From: an uncultured bacterium
Lineage (GTDB): Bacteria; Krumholzibacteriota; Krumholzibacteriia; Krumholzibacteriales; Krumholzibacteriaceae
Assembly: GCA_965371515.1 (NCBI GenBank)
Contig: CBDUYR010000001.1
Span: 1-64,000, forward strand
DNA length: 64,000 bases
Direction of reading: 5' to 3'
Shown here: piece by piece, positions 51,304 to 61,391 of the stretch
Layout: each line of letters begins with the position of its first letter
Numbering within the stretch: position 1 is the stretch's first letter
The notes under the pieces: generated by a model
Told to the model about the DNA's origin: nothing
The model's input: only the letters and a program-made list of their open reading frames with translations
The model's database searches: none
Made by a program: the position numbers and the translations under genes

Positions 51304-51327
51304 CAATCCGAAATTGTCGTGTATGTT
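51300..51327 (+). promoter_or_regulatory. sigma70-type promoter of rpsO
   Basis: TTGACA (51300-51305), 16-nt spacer, TATGTT (51322-51327). Confidence 0.5.
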
Positions 51328-51431
51328 TGGTCATTGCACTTGGAACATACAAGGCAGTTACAGGCGGATCGGGCATGGGGCCCTTTCTGCTGCCATCGCG
51401 TATCAGCACGTGTGTAAAGGAGGTCAGGACG

Positions 51432-51701
51432 ATGGCACTGCAAAAGGACACTAAGAAAGAGGTTATCAGCAAATTCCGGCTGCATGAGCTCGACTCGGGC
51501 TCGCCGGAAGTACAGATCGCGCTCCTCACAGAACGCATCAACGCTTTAACCGAGCACTTCAAGGTTCACAAGAAAGACTTCGCGTCGAGACGAGGGCTTC
51601 TCAAGCTCGTCGGTCGCCGCCGCAAGCTTCTTGATTACCTGAAGAAGAGCAGGATCGAGAAGTACCGCGAGCTCATCAAGGAACTCAACCTCAGGAAGTA
51701 A
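51432..51701 (+). CDS. rpsO: 30S ribosomal protein S15
   Basis: [28 protein letters not shown] after AAGGAGG. Confidence 0.98.
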   Translation: MALQKDTKKEVISKFRLHELDSGSPEVQIALLTERINALTEHFKVHKKDFASRRGLLKLVGRRRKLLDYLKKSRIEKYRELIKELNLRK

Positions 51702-51794
51702 GCATAGCACTTGTTGTTTTATCCACGGTGTAGTGGCCGCGGGGTAAAATAGTACCTTCTGTTAATATCGGCAGATGGAGGAAAGAGAAAAGGA

Positions 51795-53948
51795 ATGATC
51801 AGAAAGACTAAGCAGATCGATGGAAGAGAGATTTTCATCGAGACCGGACGTATCGCCAGGCAGGCGGACGGGTCGGTGCTCGTAGGGGAAGAAGGGACCA
51901 CTGTCCTCGTTACGGCAGTCTCATCAGAGGCCGTGAGCGACAGGGGATTCTTCCCGCTCTTTGTCGAGTACAGGGAAAAATTCTACGCCGCCGGCAAGAT
52001 CCCCGGCGGATTCTTCAAGCGCGAGGGACGTCCTTCCGAGAGGGAGACCCTCGGAGCGAGGCAGATAGACCGGCCGATCAGGCCGCTCTTCCCCGAGGGC
52101 TTCATGAGCGAGGTCCAGGTGGCGTGTACCGTTCTGAGCAGCGATAAGCAGCATCAGGCCGATACCCTGGGCATCATCGGCGCCTCGCTTTCGCTGAACA
52201 TGTCGAACATCCCGTTCGACACGGTCGTCAGCGGCGTTCGGGTCGGCATGAAGGACGGCGAGTTCATCCTCAACCCGACCTTCGATCAGGTCGAAGAGGG
52301 CGAGCTCGAGCTCGTCATCGCCGGATCCGACGAGGCTATAATTATGGTCGAGGGACAGGCCGAAGAGCTGTCCGAAGAGAAGATCATCGAGGCGCTCGAT
52401 TTCGGGCATGCGAAGATCAAGGAACTGAACGCCTTCCAGAGGGAATTGCTCGCCGAGTGCGAGATCCCCGAGAAGAGGACGTTCGTCGTGGCCGAGGTCG
52501 ACCAGGACCTCCAGCAGAGGCTCAGGCACGACTTCCTCCAGGAAGTCGACCAGCGATGCCGGGTCAAGGGCAAGCACAATCGCGACAAGGCCCTTTCCGA
52601 GGTTAAGACCCAGGCCCTCGAGAAGTACAACGATGAATTCCCCGAGTCGGAAAAAGTAATCAAGAACATACTGCACGACCTCGAGCGTGAGGCTGTCAGG
52701 AAGATGATCCTCGAAGAGAAGGTCAGGACCGACGGCCGCGCCTACGATGAGGTCCGCAACATCGATTGCGAGATCGCCGTCCTTCCGAGGACTCACGGCA
52801 GCGCCCTGTTCACCAGGGGCGAGACGCAGAGTCTCGTAGTGACGACTCTCGGCACCTCGCAGGACGAGCAGCGCGTCGACGCTCTGTCAGGCGAGAGCTG
52901 GAAGAAGTACATGCTTCATTACAACTTCCCGCCGTACAGCGTAGGCGAAGTCGGATTTTTCCGCGGCCCCGGCCGCAGGGAGATCGGTCACGGAGCGCTT
53001 GCCGAGAGGGCGATCCGCCCCGTTATACCCGCCGACGAGGATTTCCCCTACACGATCAGGGTGGTTTCCGACATCATGGAGTCGAACGGCTCGAGCTCGA
53101 TGGCCACTGTATGCGGAGCAAGCCTTGCCTTGATGGACGCCGGCGTGCCGGTCAAGAAAGCCGTTGCGGGCGTCGCGATGGGTATGATCATGGAGGATGG
53201 CAAGTACGCGATCCTGACCGATATCCTCGGGCTCGAGGATCATCTCGGCGACATGGACTTCAAGGTCACCGGAACGCGCGAAGGCGTGACTGGTTTCCAG
53301 ATGGACGTCAAGATCTCGGGTATCTCGAAAGAGGTCATGGTCGAGGCGCTCGAGCAGGCGAAGCGCGCGAGGATACAGATCCTCGACATCATGAACAAAA
53401 CAATCGATAAGGCCAAGGACGACATCTCGCCCTTCGCACCGAAGATCCACCAGATCAAGGTGCCGGTCGACAAGATCCGCGAGATCATCGGCCCGGGAGG
53501 AAAGATGATCCGCCATATCCAGGACACCTCGGGCGCGAAGATCGACATCGAGGACGACGGCACGGTGACCATCGCGGCCATCGACATGGAATCGCACGAC
53601 AAGGCGATGGCGCTGATCGACGAGATCACCGCCGAGCCCGAGGTCGGCAAGGTCTACATGGGCAGGGTCAGGAGCGTCGTACAGTTCGGCGCGTTCCTTG
53701 AGATCATGCCGGGCCGCGACGGGCTGCTGCACATCTCCGAGATCGACATCAATCGAGTCGAAAGGGTCGAGGATGTCCTCAACGTCGGCGACGAGATCGA
53801 GGTCAAGGTCGTCAACGTCGATCGCGACGGCAAGATCCGCCTGAGCCGCAAGGTCCTTCTCCCCGACTACGACGAGGAGAAGCACGGCAGCAGGGACAGA
53901 GGCGGCCGCGGAGACCGCGGTCGCAGGGACGACAGGAAGCGCCGCTGA
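51795..53948 (+). CDS. pnp: Polyribonucleotide nucleotidyltransferase (PNPase)
   Basis: IPGGFFKREGRP, FTRGETQ, RREIGHG, SNGSSSMA, GDMDFK, KH and S1 domains. Confidence 0.98.
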   Translation: MIRKTKQIDGREIFIETGRIARQADGSVLVGEEGTTVLVTAVSSEAVSDRGFFPLFVEYREKFYAAGKIPGGFFKREGRPSERETLGARQIDRPIRPLFPEGFMSEVQVACTVLSSDKQHQADTLGIIGASLSLNMSNIPFDTVVSGVRVGMKDGEFILNPTFDQVEEGELELVIAGSDEAIIMVEGQAEELSEEKIIEALDFGHAKIKELNAFQRELLAECEIPEKRTFVVAEVDQDLQQRLRHDFLQEVDQRCRVKGKHNRDKALSEVKTQALEKYNDEFPESEKVIKNILHDLEREAVRKMILEEKVRTDGRAYDEVRNIDCEIAVLPRTHGSALFTRGETQSLVVTTLGTSQDEQRVDALSGESWKKYMLHYNFPPYSVGEVGFFRGPGRREIGHGALAERAIRPVIPADEDFPYTIRVVSDIMESNGSSSMATVCGASLALMDAGVPVKKAVAGVAMGMIMEDGKYAILTDILGLEDHLGDMDFKVTGTREGVTGFQMDVKISGISKEVMVEALEQAKRARIQILDIMNKTIDKAKDDISPFAPKIHQIKVPVDKIREIIGPGGKMIRHIQDTSGAKIDIEDDGTVTIAAIDMESHDKAMALIDEITAEPEVGKVYMGRVRSVVQFGAFLEIMPGRDGLLHISEIDINRVERVEDVLNVGDEIEVKVVNVDRDGKIRLSRKVLLPDYDEEKHGSRDRGGRGDRGRRDDRKRR

Positions 53949-53954
53949 TCCCTT

Positions 53955-55220
53955 ATGATAAAATTGCCTGAACCACGCAGGATCGCCCTCGAGTCGGGGG
54001 CGATACTGCTTTATCAGAGGAATGTCGTATCGCCGACCACGGCGTTCGGCGTCTGGATAAGGAAGGGCTCCCGTGATGAGGGGGACGGCGAGCGCGGGAT
54101 GTCGCATGTCCTCGAGCACATGGTCTTCCGCGGGACGCCGTCACGCAGCGGCCTCTGTATCGCCCTCGACCTCGAATCTATCGGCGGCCAGTGGGACGCA
54201 TTCACAAGCAAGGAAGCGGTCTGCTATCACGGGAGGACGCTCGAGGAGCACTTCCCCAGGCTCGCCGACGTTTTTTCCGATATCGTTCTGAATCCCCTTA
54301 TTGAGCCTCCCGCGCTGAGAACGGAACTGAAGGTGATAAGGGAGGAGATCAGGAGCGTCGCTGACTCACCCGAAGAGGTGGTATACGAGCTCTTCTTCAG
54401 GGGACTCTTCGGCAAAAGCCAGCTCGGCCATCCCGTCGCCGGAACCCTCATGGACATCTCCCGCATGAACCGCGACGGCATCCTGTCGTTTCACAGGAAG
54501 ACTTACACGGCGGCGAACACAGTTTTCGCCTATATCGGCACCCTGCCCCCCGGAAAGGTCGCGCGGATACTCGATCGCAGGTTTACATTTCCGCTGAAGG
54601 GCCGGCGCCCGGGGCGGAGGCACGACAGGTTCATGCCCGCCGTGTCGAGGTCTGCTCGCAAGAACGGATGGAGCCAGCACCACGTCTGTGTCGGGGCGAG
54701 GACCGTCCCCGCCGATGACCCGATGAGGTTCGCCGTGATGCTCCTCTCCGGCATCGTCGGAGGCGGAGTATCCTCGAGACTGTTCCAGAGTCTGAGGGAG
54801 AAGGCCGGGCTCGCCTATTCGGTATTCTCGCATGTCAATTTCTGGAGCGACACGGGCGCCTTTTCGGTATACTTCTCTGTCGATCCCAGAAACTTGAAGT
54901 CCGCTCTCGAGATATTCGAGAGGGAGATGGAGAACATCCGCAGCGGAGGCATAACGGCCGAGGAGCTCGAAAGCTCCAGGGCCCAGCTCAAGGGATCGAT
55001 AATCTTCAGCCTCGAGAGCTCCGAGACGAGGCTGTTCAGGCTCTTTCACGAGGAGTGCAACCTCGGCGAATTCAGAAAGGTCGAGGATGTACTCCGCGAC
55101 ATCGACGCCGTGGACGTGGCCATGATCGGCGAGGCGGCATGCGAGATTCTGGCACCGCGTCGCCTGATCAGGGCGGTCTGCGGGCCTGATGGAGCGGCAG
55201 GAAGGAAATCGTCCCGATGA
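53955..55220 (+). CDS. M16 (pitrilysin-family) zinc peptidase
   Basis: HVLEH (HXXEH), SSRLFQSLREKAGLAYSV. Confidence 0.92.
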   Translation: MIKLPEPRRIALESGAILLYQRNVVSPTTAFGVWIRKGSRDEGDGERGMSHVLEHMVFRGTPSRSGLCIALDLESIGGQWDAFTSKEAVCYHGRTLEEHFPRLADVFSDIVLNPLIEPPALRTELKVIREEIRSVADSPEEVVYELFFRGLFGKSQLGHPVAGTLMDISRMNRDGILSFHRKTYTAANTVFAYIGTLPPGKVARILDRRFTFPLKGRRPGRRHDRFMPAVSRSARKNGWSQHHVCVGARTVPADDPMRFAVMLLSGIVGGGVSSRLFQSLREKAGLAYSVFSHVNFWSDTGAFSVYFSVDPRNLKSALEIFEREMENIRSGGITAEELESSRAQLKGSIIFSLESSETRLFRLFHEECNLGEFRKVEDVLRDIDAVDVAMIGEAACEILAPRRLIRAVCGPDGAAGRKSSR

Positions 55221-55696
55221 ACGGCGGATCGAAAGACGGAGCCGCGGTCACGGTCGAGATAAGGTATCTTCCCCATCATGACGGCCTGCCCCCGCTCGCC
55301 CGCATGACCGAAGGGTCGAGCGGATTCGACCTGCAGGCGGCCTGCACCGGTGACGTTGTCATCGGGCCGGGCAGAGTGGTCCTTGTCCCCGCAGGATTCG
55401 AGATGGCCGTGCCGCCGGGATACGAAGTGCAGGTGAGACCCCGCAGCGGCCTCGCCCTGAAGAGCAGGATCGGACTGCTCAACAGCCCCGGTACGATAGA
55501 CAGTGACTACCGCGGGGAGGTCGGAGTGATCCTGTTCAATTTCGGCGACAAGGATTTCACCGTCCGCAGGGGGGACCGCATAGCGCAGATGGTCGTCTGC
55601 TCCCTGCCGGAAACGACGCTTGTCGAGACGGAGCGGCTCGACGGCACGGAACGCGGCCCGGGAGGCTTCGGCCATACGGGCAGGGGACGGAGATGA
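55217..55696 (+). CDS. dut: dUTPase
   Basis: GFDL, RPRSGLA, GTIDSDYRGE, GDRIAQ, RGPGGFGHTG. Confidence 0.97.
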   Translation: MNGGSKDGAAVTVEIRYLPHHDGLPPLARMTEGSSGFDLQAACTGDVVIGPGRVVLVPAGFEMAVPPGYEVQVRPRSGLALKSRIGLLNSPGTIDSDYRGEVGVILFNFGDKDFTVRRGDRIAQMVVCSLPETTLVETERLDGTERGPGGFGHTGRGRR

Positions 55697-56556
55697 CGGC
55701 GATTCTCCAGGCGATGGCCCTTCTCATCTTTGCCGTCGTTGCTCTATACACACTCTGGCGGATCAGGTGGGGGTATCCCGACCGTTCGATCCCCGGAGTC
55801 CTCACTTATCACAAGGTGGTCGATTTCGAATTCGGGGGGACCTGGATCAGCCCCGTCAGGTTCGAGCGTCATATCGCTTCCCTGATCGATTCAGGATACT
55901 GTTTCATCGATGAGAGGACTTTCCTCGAGACGATCGAAGGGAGCAGGCCCGCCGGGGAGAAGGAGATCCTCCTGACATTCGACGACGGGTACGACTGTTT
56001 CGCCGTGAGCGCCGCTCCGGTACTGGAGCGTATGGGAGTGCCCGCGCTGATTTTCCTCGTCTCCGGCTTCGCCGGTGAGGAAAACAGCTGGGAACTCGGC
56101 CTGCCGGGGAGGAAGGCGCGTCATATGGACTGGGACACGGTGAGATCGCTGCGCCCGCGCGGCTTCTCGTTCGGATCGCATTGCGAGAGACACCTGCCGC
56201 TGACCCGCATGGCTCGTGAAGAGGCGCTGCGGGAGATGGTCAGCTCCAGGGAAGAGATAGAGAGGCGCACGGGAGCGGAGGTCTTCAGTCTTTCCTATCC
56301 ATACGGAAGGTCGGACCCGGAGGTCGCTTCACTCGCCGCGGAAGCGGGATACATGGCCGCTTTCACCCTCTACCCGTCCGACGAGGCGAAGAAGTGGGAT
56401 CGGTACCGGCTCAGGCGCGAGGGAGTCTGGGTGATCGATACTCCCGCAACGATAAGGATAAAGCTCTCCCGCGGGGGGTTGTTCTGGCTCGAGGATTTAA
56501 AGGGACGGATGATAAACGCCGTTGCCGACCTGACGCCGTTTTTCAAGAACAGATAA
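55693..56556 (+). CDS. Polysaccharide deacetylase (CE4/NodB-like), membrane-anchored
   Basis: N-terminal TM segment; LTYH, LTFDDG, GSH...H, SYPYG. Confidence 0.9.
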   Translation: MTAILQAMALLIFAVVALYTLWRIRWGYPDRSIPGVLTYHKVVDFEFGGTWISPVRFERHIASLIDSGYCFIDERTFLETIEGSRPAGEKEILLTFDDGYDCFAVSAAPVLERMGVPALIFLVSGFAGEENSWELGLPGRKARHMDWDTVRSLRPRGFSFGSHCERHLPLTRMAREEALREMVSSREEIERRTGAEVFSLSYPYGRSDPEVASLAAEAGYMAAFTLYPSDEAKKWDRYRLRREGVWVIDTPATIRIKLSRGGLFWLEDLKGRMINAVADLTPFFKNR

Positions 56557-56568
56557 GATAAGCCTGGA

Positions 56569-57711
56569 TCAGTCGCGGACGAGTGTGTAGTCGAATCCGC
56601 TGTTTCCCATCCTGTACACGATGCCGGCCTGGTGGACGCGAGAGATCGCATCGCGGGTGATGAACTTTCTCACCGCGAGTACCTCGAGGGTGAACGGATA
56701 AGTGCCCTTGACGGCGAAGTACTCCTCGAGACCTTCCATTATCGTAGCCTCAAGCCGCCGCAGCTGGAATTCCTTGAGATCGGCGGACAGCATTCCCTCG
56801 CCATTGTCCCCGGCGACCGACAGCTCGCTCGAAAAAGCCTCTGCGGTCCAACCCGGCGGCAGCAGTGCTGGCACGACATATTCGCCGGCGATGAAGCATG
56901 CGATGAGCGTGAAGACGACGGTCAGGGTCGGCGCGAATTTCTTTCCACTCTTTGCCTTTTCCTCGAGAACCTCTTTCTCGACCTCTTCGGCGACGGGGCT
57001 GGTGTCCTTCGTGATCTCGAGGAGCTCTTTCTCGAGGAGGCTTTTCAGGGTCTCGTAGGCGCTGAACCTCGACATGCGGGCATGCGCCATGAGATCGGAT
57101 ATGCTCGTCTCCTCGGAGAGCATGTTGTAGATTACCTCTTCGTTCTTTTCGAGCCGGGAGCTTTTGTTCTGTGGTGCGGGAAGTCGCCGGACGACAATCT
57201 CATCCGACGGGAAGAGTCTCTTCATCTCGGGGATCTCGTCGATGCGCCTCATGCTCTCCATGAGAAGGCCCTCGACCTTGATGGCCGAGAAGGTCTGGAT
57301 GCCGGCGAGGACGCTGTTGCCCGAGACGAACTTATAGTAACTCTTCGGCCAGGAGAGCACCTCCTGGACCGTTTCATATATCTGCTCGGTGAAGATCGTG
57401 TTCAATTCGTCGTTCGAGAAATATTTCTCCTGAAGCAGGATGTCGGTCAGGTCCATCCCCGACTTTGCCTGGATCTGCTGAAGGTTGTTCATCTCGTCCC
57501 GGCCGATGAATCCATACTTTAGCAGGTACTCCTTGAGCGGGTCGCGTGCCCTGGCCCTGCGGTCCCTTGTCGATACGATCAGGCCTTCCTGGAAGAATAT
57601 GGCCATGTTTTCGTCGGCCGAGACCGAGAGCATTCCCGATTTCTTCTGAATCGAGATGAGCTGGAATATCTCGCTCAGCCCGAAATCTCCGGCGTTTCCT
57701 TCCAGTGCCAT
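56569..57711 (-). CDS. DUF4388-domain membrane protein
   Basis: MALEGNAGDFGLSEIFQLISIQKKSGML, LLMESMRRIDE; one TM helix; C-terminal LEEYFAVKGTYPFTLEVL. Confidence 0.85.
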   Translation of the reverse strand: MALEGNAGDFGLSEIFQLISIQKKSGMLSVSADENMAIFFQEGLIVSTRDRRARARDPLKEYLLKYGFIGRDEMNNLQQIQAKSGMDLTDILLQEKYFSNDELNTIFTEQIYETVQEVLSWPKSYYKFVSGNSVLAGIQTFSAIKVEGLLMESMRRIDEIPEMKRLFPSDEIVVRRLPAPQNKSSRLEKNEEVIYNMLSEETSISDLMAHARMSRFSAYETLKSLLEKELLEITKDTSPVAEEVEKEVLEEKAKSGKKFAPTLTVVFTLIACFIAGEYVVPALLPPGWTAEAFSSELSVAGDNGEGMLSADLKEFQLRRLEATIMEGLEEYFAVKGTYPFTLEVLAVRKFITRDAISRVHQAGIVYRMGNSGFDYTLVRD

Positions 57712-57723
57712 CGGCGTTCCTTC

Positions 57724-59721
57724 CTAAAGCGTCTCGAGGTACTCCTTGAACGCATCCTGGGCCTTGTTGTCCTGCTCGGTGAAGCGCCGCTGCTCCGGCC
57801 GGGCGGGAGTCTCCTCCAGTGTATTCCCAAGAGACAGTGCCTTCGGTTTTACGCGCCTCTTCTCGGGCTTCTCCACCCTGAGGTCTGGAGGCAGGATGCG
57901 GTAGTTTATCTGTTCGCGCGGCTTCCTCGATCTTATAGTCGAAAGCCAGCAGAGCACGATGACGGCCAGTGCGGCCACCTGATGCATCAGGGGCGTTCCC
58001 GACCCCGCGCTGCGCGGGTCGTCGAGGTAGAATCCGTTCCAAAGGATCATGAACAGGGCGCATGCCGTCACCGATATGACGAACATCCCCTTCCCGGCCG
58101 ACCCCAGGATTATCATTGACGAGCCGGGGAAGATCTTCATCTTCCACCATCCTCCGCGGCTCCTTAACGACCTGATCTTCTGTCTCCTGTGCCTGAGCAG
58201 CGCCTCCATGATCTTGACGCTCGACAGCCCGCCGATGGCGGTGGCGCAGTTACGGCACAGCGTGATGCCCATCTCCGAATCGGAGCATTCCGGGCATGTC
58301 GGGAGACTGCAGTTGTTGCAGGAGTATACATTCCATGAACGTGGGATGGCCCTTGCCAGTATTATCCCGGATATAACCGCCGCGACAAGCAGTATCCAGA
58401 TCCATCTCAACGGGAAGAGGAGATACGGTCGGAAGATCCCGTCAAGTATCCCGGACTTTCCCGAGCCGCCTTCCATGAAGGCGATCCTCCACAGCTCCGC
58501 GGCGGGGAATCCCCGGTCGTAGATGTCGAACTCGAGCAGGGCCGTGGCGGGATTAGCCTCGTTGTATTTCTCTATTCCGAATTCGCGTGACTTCGCGAGG
58601 GCGTTGCTCGATTCGGCGAAGAGCATCTTGTTGATGTAAGTCTGGCCGATGTTGAACCAGGCGAGGGCGCTCGTCGAGTCGATGGCGATCACGCTCTGGT
58701 AACCGGCCAGCGCCCTGTTGAAATCGCCCTGCCTGAAGTAGACGTTTCCCAGGTTGAGGTACGCCGGCGCGAAATCGTTGCGCTCCGATACGCTGGCAAG
58801 CAGGTGATCGCGCGCTTCGTCGTAGAGGCCCATCCTCGATTTTATCGTGCCGAGGGCGAATTCTCTCTGCGCCGAGAAGCGGGAGTCCTCGATCGACTCG
58901 ATCGATCTGATGAGACGGGAATCGGCGCCGCTCTCGTTGATCATGGCGAGTCGGCGTGTTGCGCTTCCCTCGTCGATCGCCGAGGTCAGCGATTCAAGCC
59001 GGGGGGTAAGGAAAGAGATCGCGCATATGAATAAAGTGACGGTGAGGACCGCCGCCTTTTCCCTGCGATTGGTGACCGGCCAGAGGACCGTTATCATCAG
59101 CACCGTGTAGAGGGTTATCCCTCCGCGCACGATGAGCAGTCCCAGTATCAGGAGCGGGCCGATGAAACGTGCCGGCGGGAAGGCGTATTTTCCCCCGTAG
59201 ATCTCCCTTATCTTGTGGTCGTACTCCGGCCAGTGTCTGACGAGAAGGAAGATGAGGGAGAGGAAAAGCACGGCGAAGGCCACGGCAGTCGAGAGTATGG
59301 TGACGTTCGCCGCCAGGAGCGCCTGACCGTAGAAGCTCCTTATCTTGCGTTTGTATCCCTCTATCAGATGGATGATGCAATCGGTGTTGCCGTTGCGCAG
59401 GTCGATGCGCGCCAGCGCGAACATCGGATCGGGATAGTCTCCTGACAGGCCGGCCGCAAGGAACAGCTTGCGCCGGGCAGTCTCGCGGTCGCCCGCCTCG
59501 AGGGACTCCATAGCGTCGCGATAGACCGCCCTGGCCGGAACCTGGAGGGACCATGCCCCGCGCTGGAGCTCGGCTGTCGTGTAAGATCTGAGGATCTCGT
59601 TGTCTATCTCATTCAACGGGTTGGCGAACAACGGTTTGCAGAATGCAACCATCAGAATGAGCGCCAAAAGGGCGCCCGTTCGGCCTGCCGGCTTAAGTCT
59701 TTGCAGCATAAGAAGTTTCAC
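57724..59721 (-). CDS. Multi-pass membrane TPR protein with Cys-rich Zn-finger-like motif
   Basis: TPR repeats (APAYLNLGNVYFRQG, ALAWFNIGQTY); several TM segments; CNNC..TCPEC...LCRNC. Confidence 0.82.
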   Translation of the reverse strand: MKLLMLQRLKPAGRTGALLALILMVAFCKPLFANPLNEIDNEILRSYTTAELQRGAWSLQVPARAVYRDAMESLEAGDRETARRKLFLAAGLSGDYPDPMFALARIDLRNGNTDCIIHLIEGYKRKIRSFYGQALLAANVTILSTAVAFAVLFLSLIFLLVRHWPEYDHKIREIYGGKYAFPPARFIGPLLILGLLIVRGGITLYTVLMITVLWPVTNRREKAAVLTVTLFICAISFLTPRLESLTSAIDEGSATRRLAMINESGADSRLIRSIESIEDSRFSAQREFALGTIKSRMGLYDEARDHLLASVSERNDFAPAYLNLGNVYFRQGDFNRALAGYQSVIAIDSTSALAWFNIGQTYINKMLFAESSNALAKSREFGIEKYNEANPATALLEFDIYDRGFPAAELWRIAFMEGGSGKSGILDGIFRPYLLFPLRWIWILLVAAVISGIILARAIPRSWNVYSCNNCSLPTCPECSDSEMGITLCRNCATAIGGLSSVKIMEALLRHRRQKIRSLRSRGGWWKMKIFPGSSMIILGSAGKGMFVISVTACALFMILWNGFYLDDPRSAGSGTPLMHQVAALAVIVLCWLSTIRSRKPREQINYRILPPDLRVEKPEKRRVKPKALSLGNTLEETPARPEQRRFTEQDNKAQDAFKEYLETL

Positions 59722-59781
59722 TGGCTCTATCGTCCTGCCTGTCTGTTTTGAGGCTTTTTTTCTTGCCGTCGAATGTTCATC

Positions 59782-59798
59782 GGCAAATATCGTGCCGA
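59782..59798 (-). promoter_or_regulatory. sigma54 (-24/-12) promoter candidate for the TPR-DUF4388 pair
   Basis: Minus strand reads TCGGCACGATATTTGCC (GG-N10-GC, GGCACG...TTGC), about 60 nt upstream of the GTG start. Confidence 0.62.
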
Positions 59799-59842
59799 GC
59801 AGCGGTATTTGACATTGAGTCGCAGCGGTGCTTATTTGTCTG

Positions 59843-59871
59843 TTTACAGGGGCTCCGCCCGGTGATATAAA
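59843..59871 (+). promoter_or_regulatory. sigma70-type promoter of asnS
   Basis: TTTACA, 17-nt spacer, TATAAA preceded by TGn (extended -10). Confidence 0.6.
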
Positions 59872-59900
59872 AGGCAGGGCTGTTTTTCAGGGGGATAGAG

Positions 59901-61196
59901 ATGATGCCGGCAGAGATTTCAGGGATCGGCGAGTTCACCGGCCAGGAGGTGCTTCTCAAAGGCTGGGTATACAACATGCGCTCGAGCGGGAAGATCCTTT
60001 TTCTCCAGATGCGCGATGGCACGGGTGTAATCCAGTGCATCATAGAAAAGGCGGTCGTGGGAGACGAGGACTTCGAACTGGCCTCCGGCCTCACGCAGGA
60101 ATCCTCGCTCGAGGTGACCGGGACGGTCAGGGAGGACGCGCGCGCGCCGGGAGGATACGAGCTGAGCGTCACCGGCTTCAGTATAATACAGATCGCCGAG
60201 CCGTATCCGATCACTCCGAAGGATCACGGCAATACCTTCCTGATGGACAACCGCCATCTCTGGCTCAGAAGCCGGAGGCAGAACGCGATCCTCAGGATAA
60301 GGGCCGGGCTGATCCGTTTCATAAGGGATTTCTTCGACAGCAGGGGATTCATCCTCTGCGATACGCCGATCTTTACGCCCAGCGCGTGCGAGGGCACTAC
60401 TACACTGTTCGAGACCGATTACTTCGGCGACAAGGCATACCTCACGCAGAGCGGGCAACTCTACAACGAGGCGACAGCGGCGGCCTTCCGCAAGGTCTAC
60501 ACATTCGGTCCGACCTTCAGGGCGGAGAAATCGAAGACGAGGCGCCACCTGATCGAGTTCTGGATGGTCGAGCCCGAGGTAGCCTTCGCCGACCTCGACG
60601 ATATCATGCAGCTGGGAGAGGATTTCATCGTCGAGATCGTCGGCCGGTCGCTCGAGACATACAGGGAACTGCTGGAGGGCGAGCTCGAACGGGACGTCTC
60701 CCAGCTGGAGAAGGTCCAGGGACCGTTCCCGAGGATCTCATACACGGAGGCCGCTCGGATCCTGAAGGAGAAGGGCGTCGATTTTGAGGAGGGCGGCGAC
60801 TTCGGCGGCACCGACGAGACAGTGCTGGCCGGGGAGTTCGACAAGCCGCTCTTCGTGCACCGCTTTCCCTCTGCGATCAAGGCCTTCTACATGGAACCCG
60901 ATCCGGACGATCCTGTGTACAGCCTCTCGGTCGACATGCTCGCGCCCGAAGGGTACGGCGAGATCATCGGCGGCGGCCAGCGAGCCTCCGACCTCGGCCT
61001 GCTGAAGAAGAGGATCGAGGAGCACGGCCTGCCGGAGAAGGCGTTCGAGTGGTACCTCGACCTGCGCCGGTACGGAACCTTCCCACACGCCGGCTTCGGC
61101 CTCGGTGTGGAGAGGACGCTCGCCTGGATATGCGGAATACAGCACGTTCGCGAGACGATCCCGTTTCCCAGGCTTATCAACCGGCTCTCCCCGTAA
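59901..61196 (+). CDS. asnS: Asparagine--tRNA ligase
   Basis: [58 protein letters not shown]. Confidence 0.96.
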   Translation: MMPAEISGIGEFTGQEVLLKGWVYNMRSSGKILFLQMRDGTGVIQCIIEKAVVGDEDFELASGLTQESSLEVTGTVREDARAPGGYELSVTGFSIIQIAEPYPITPKDHGNTFLMDNRHLWLRSRRQNAILRIRAGLIRFIRDFFDSRGFILCDTPIFTPSACEGTTTLFETDYFGDKAYLTQSGQLYNEATAAAFRKVYTFGPTFRAEKSKTRRHLIEFWMVEPEVAFADLDDIMQLGEDFIVEIVGRSLETYRELLEGELERDVSQLEKVQGPFPRISYTEAARILKEKGVDFEEGGDFGGTDETVLAGEFDKPLFVHRFPSAIKAFYMEPDPDDPVYSLSVDMLAPEGYGEIIGGGQRASDLGLLKKRIEEHGLPEKAFEWYLDLRRYGTFPHAGFGLGVERTLAWICGIQHVRETIPFPRLINRLSP

Positions 61197-61391
61197 GGGG
61201 AATTGCTGCTCCCGCGCCGCGAGACCGGCCTGACCTGAAATAATCACAAGCCGATGCGATGAGGGTCTGGATAGAGGGGCAGGGAACGATGCCTGCCGCC
61301 CCTTCCATGTTGACCTGTCATGGGTCATTTGCTAACTTGCTAATGCTGTTTTTGAACTGCCGTCTTCCCATATATACCGGGAGGAATTTCT

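Noticed and set aside
51702..51794. Hairpins in the rpsO-pnp spacer as a regulatory RNase III site
   Set aside because: The stems are short and imperfect and cannot be told from chance without comparative data.
61275..61306. Hairpin after asnS as an intrinsic terminator
   Set aside because: A ggcagg/cctgcc stem exists but there is no U-tract, so support is too weak.
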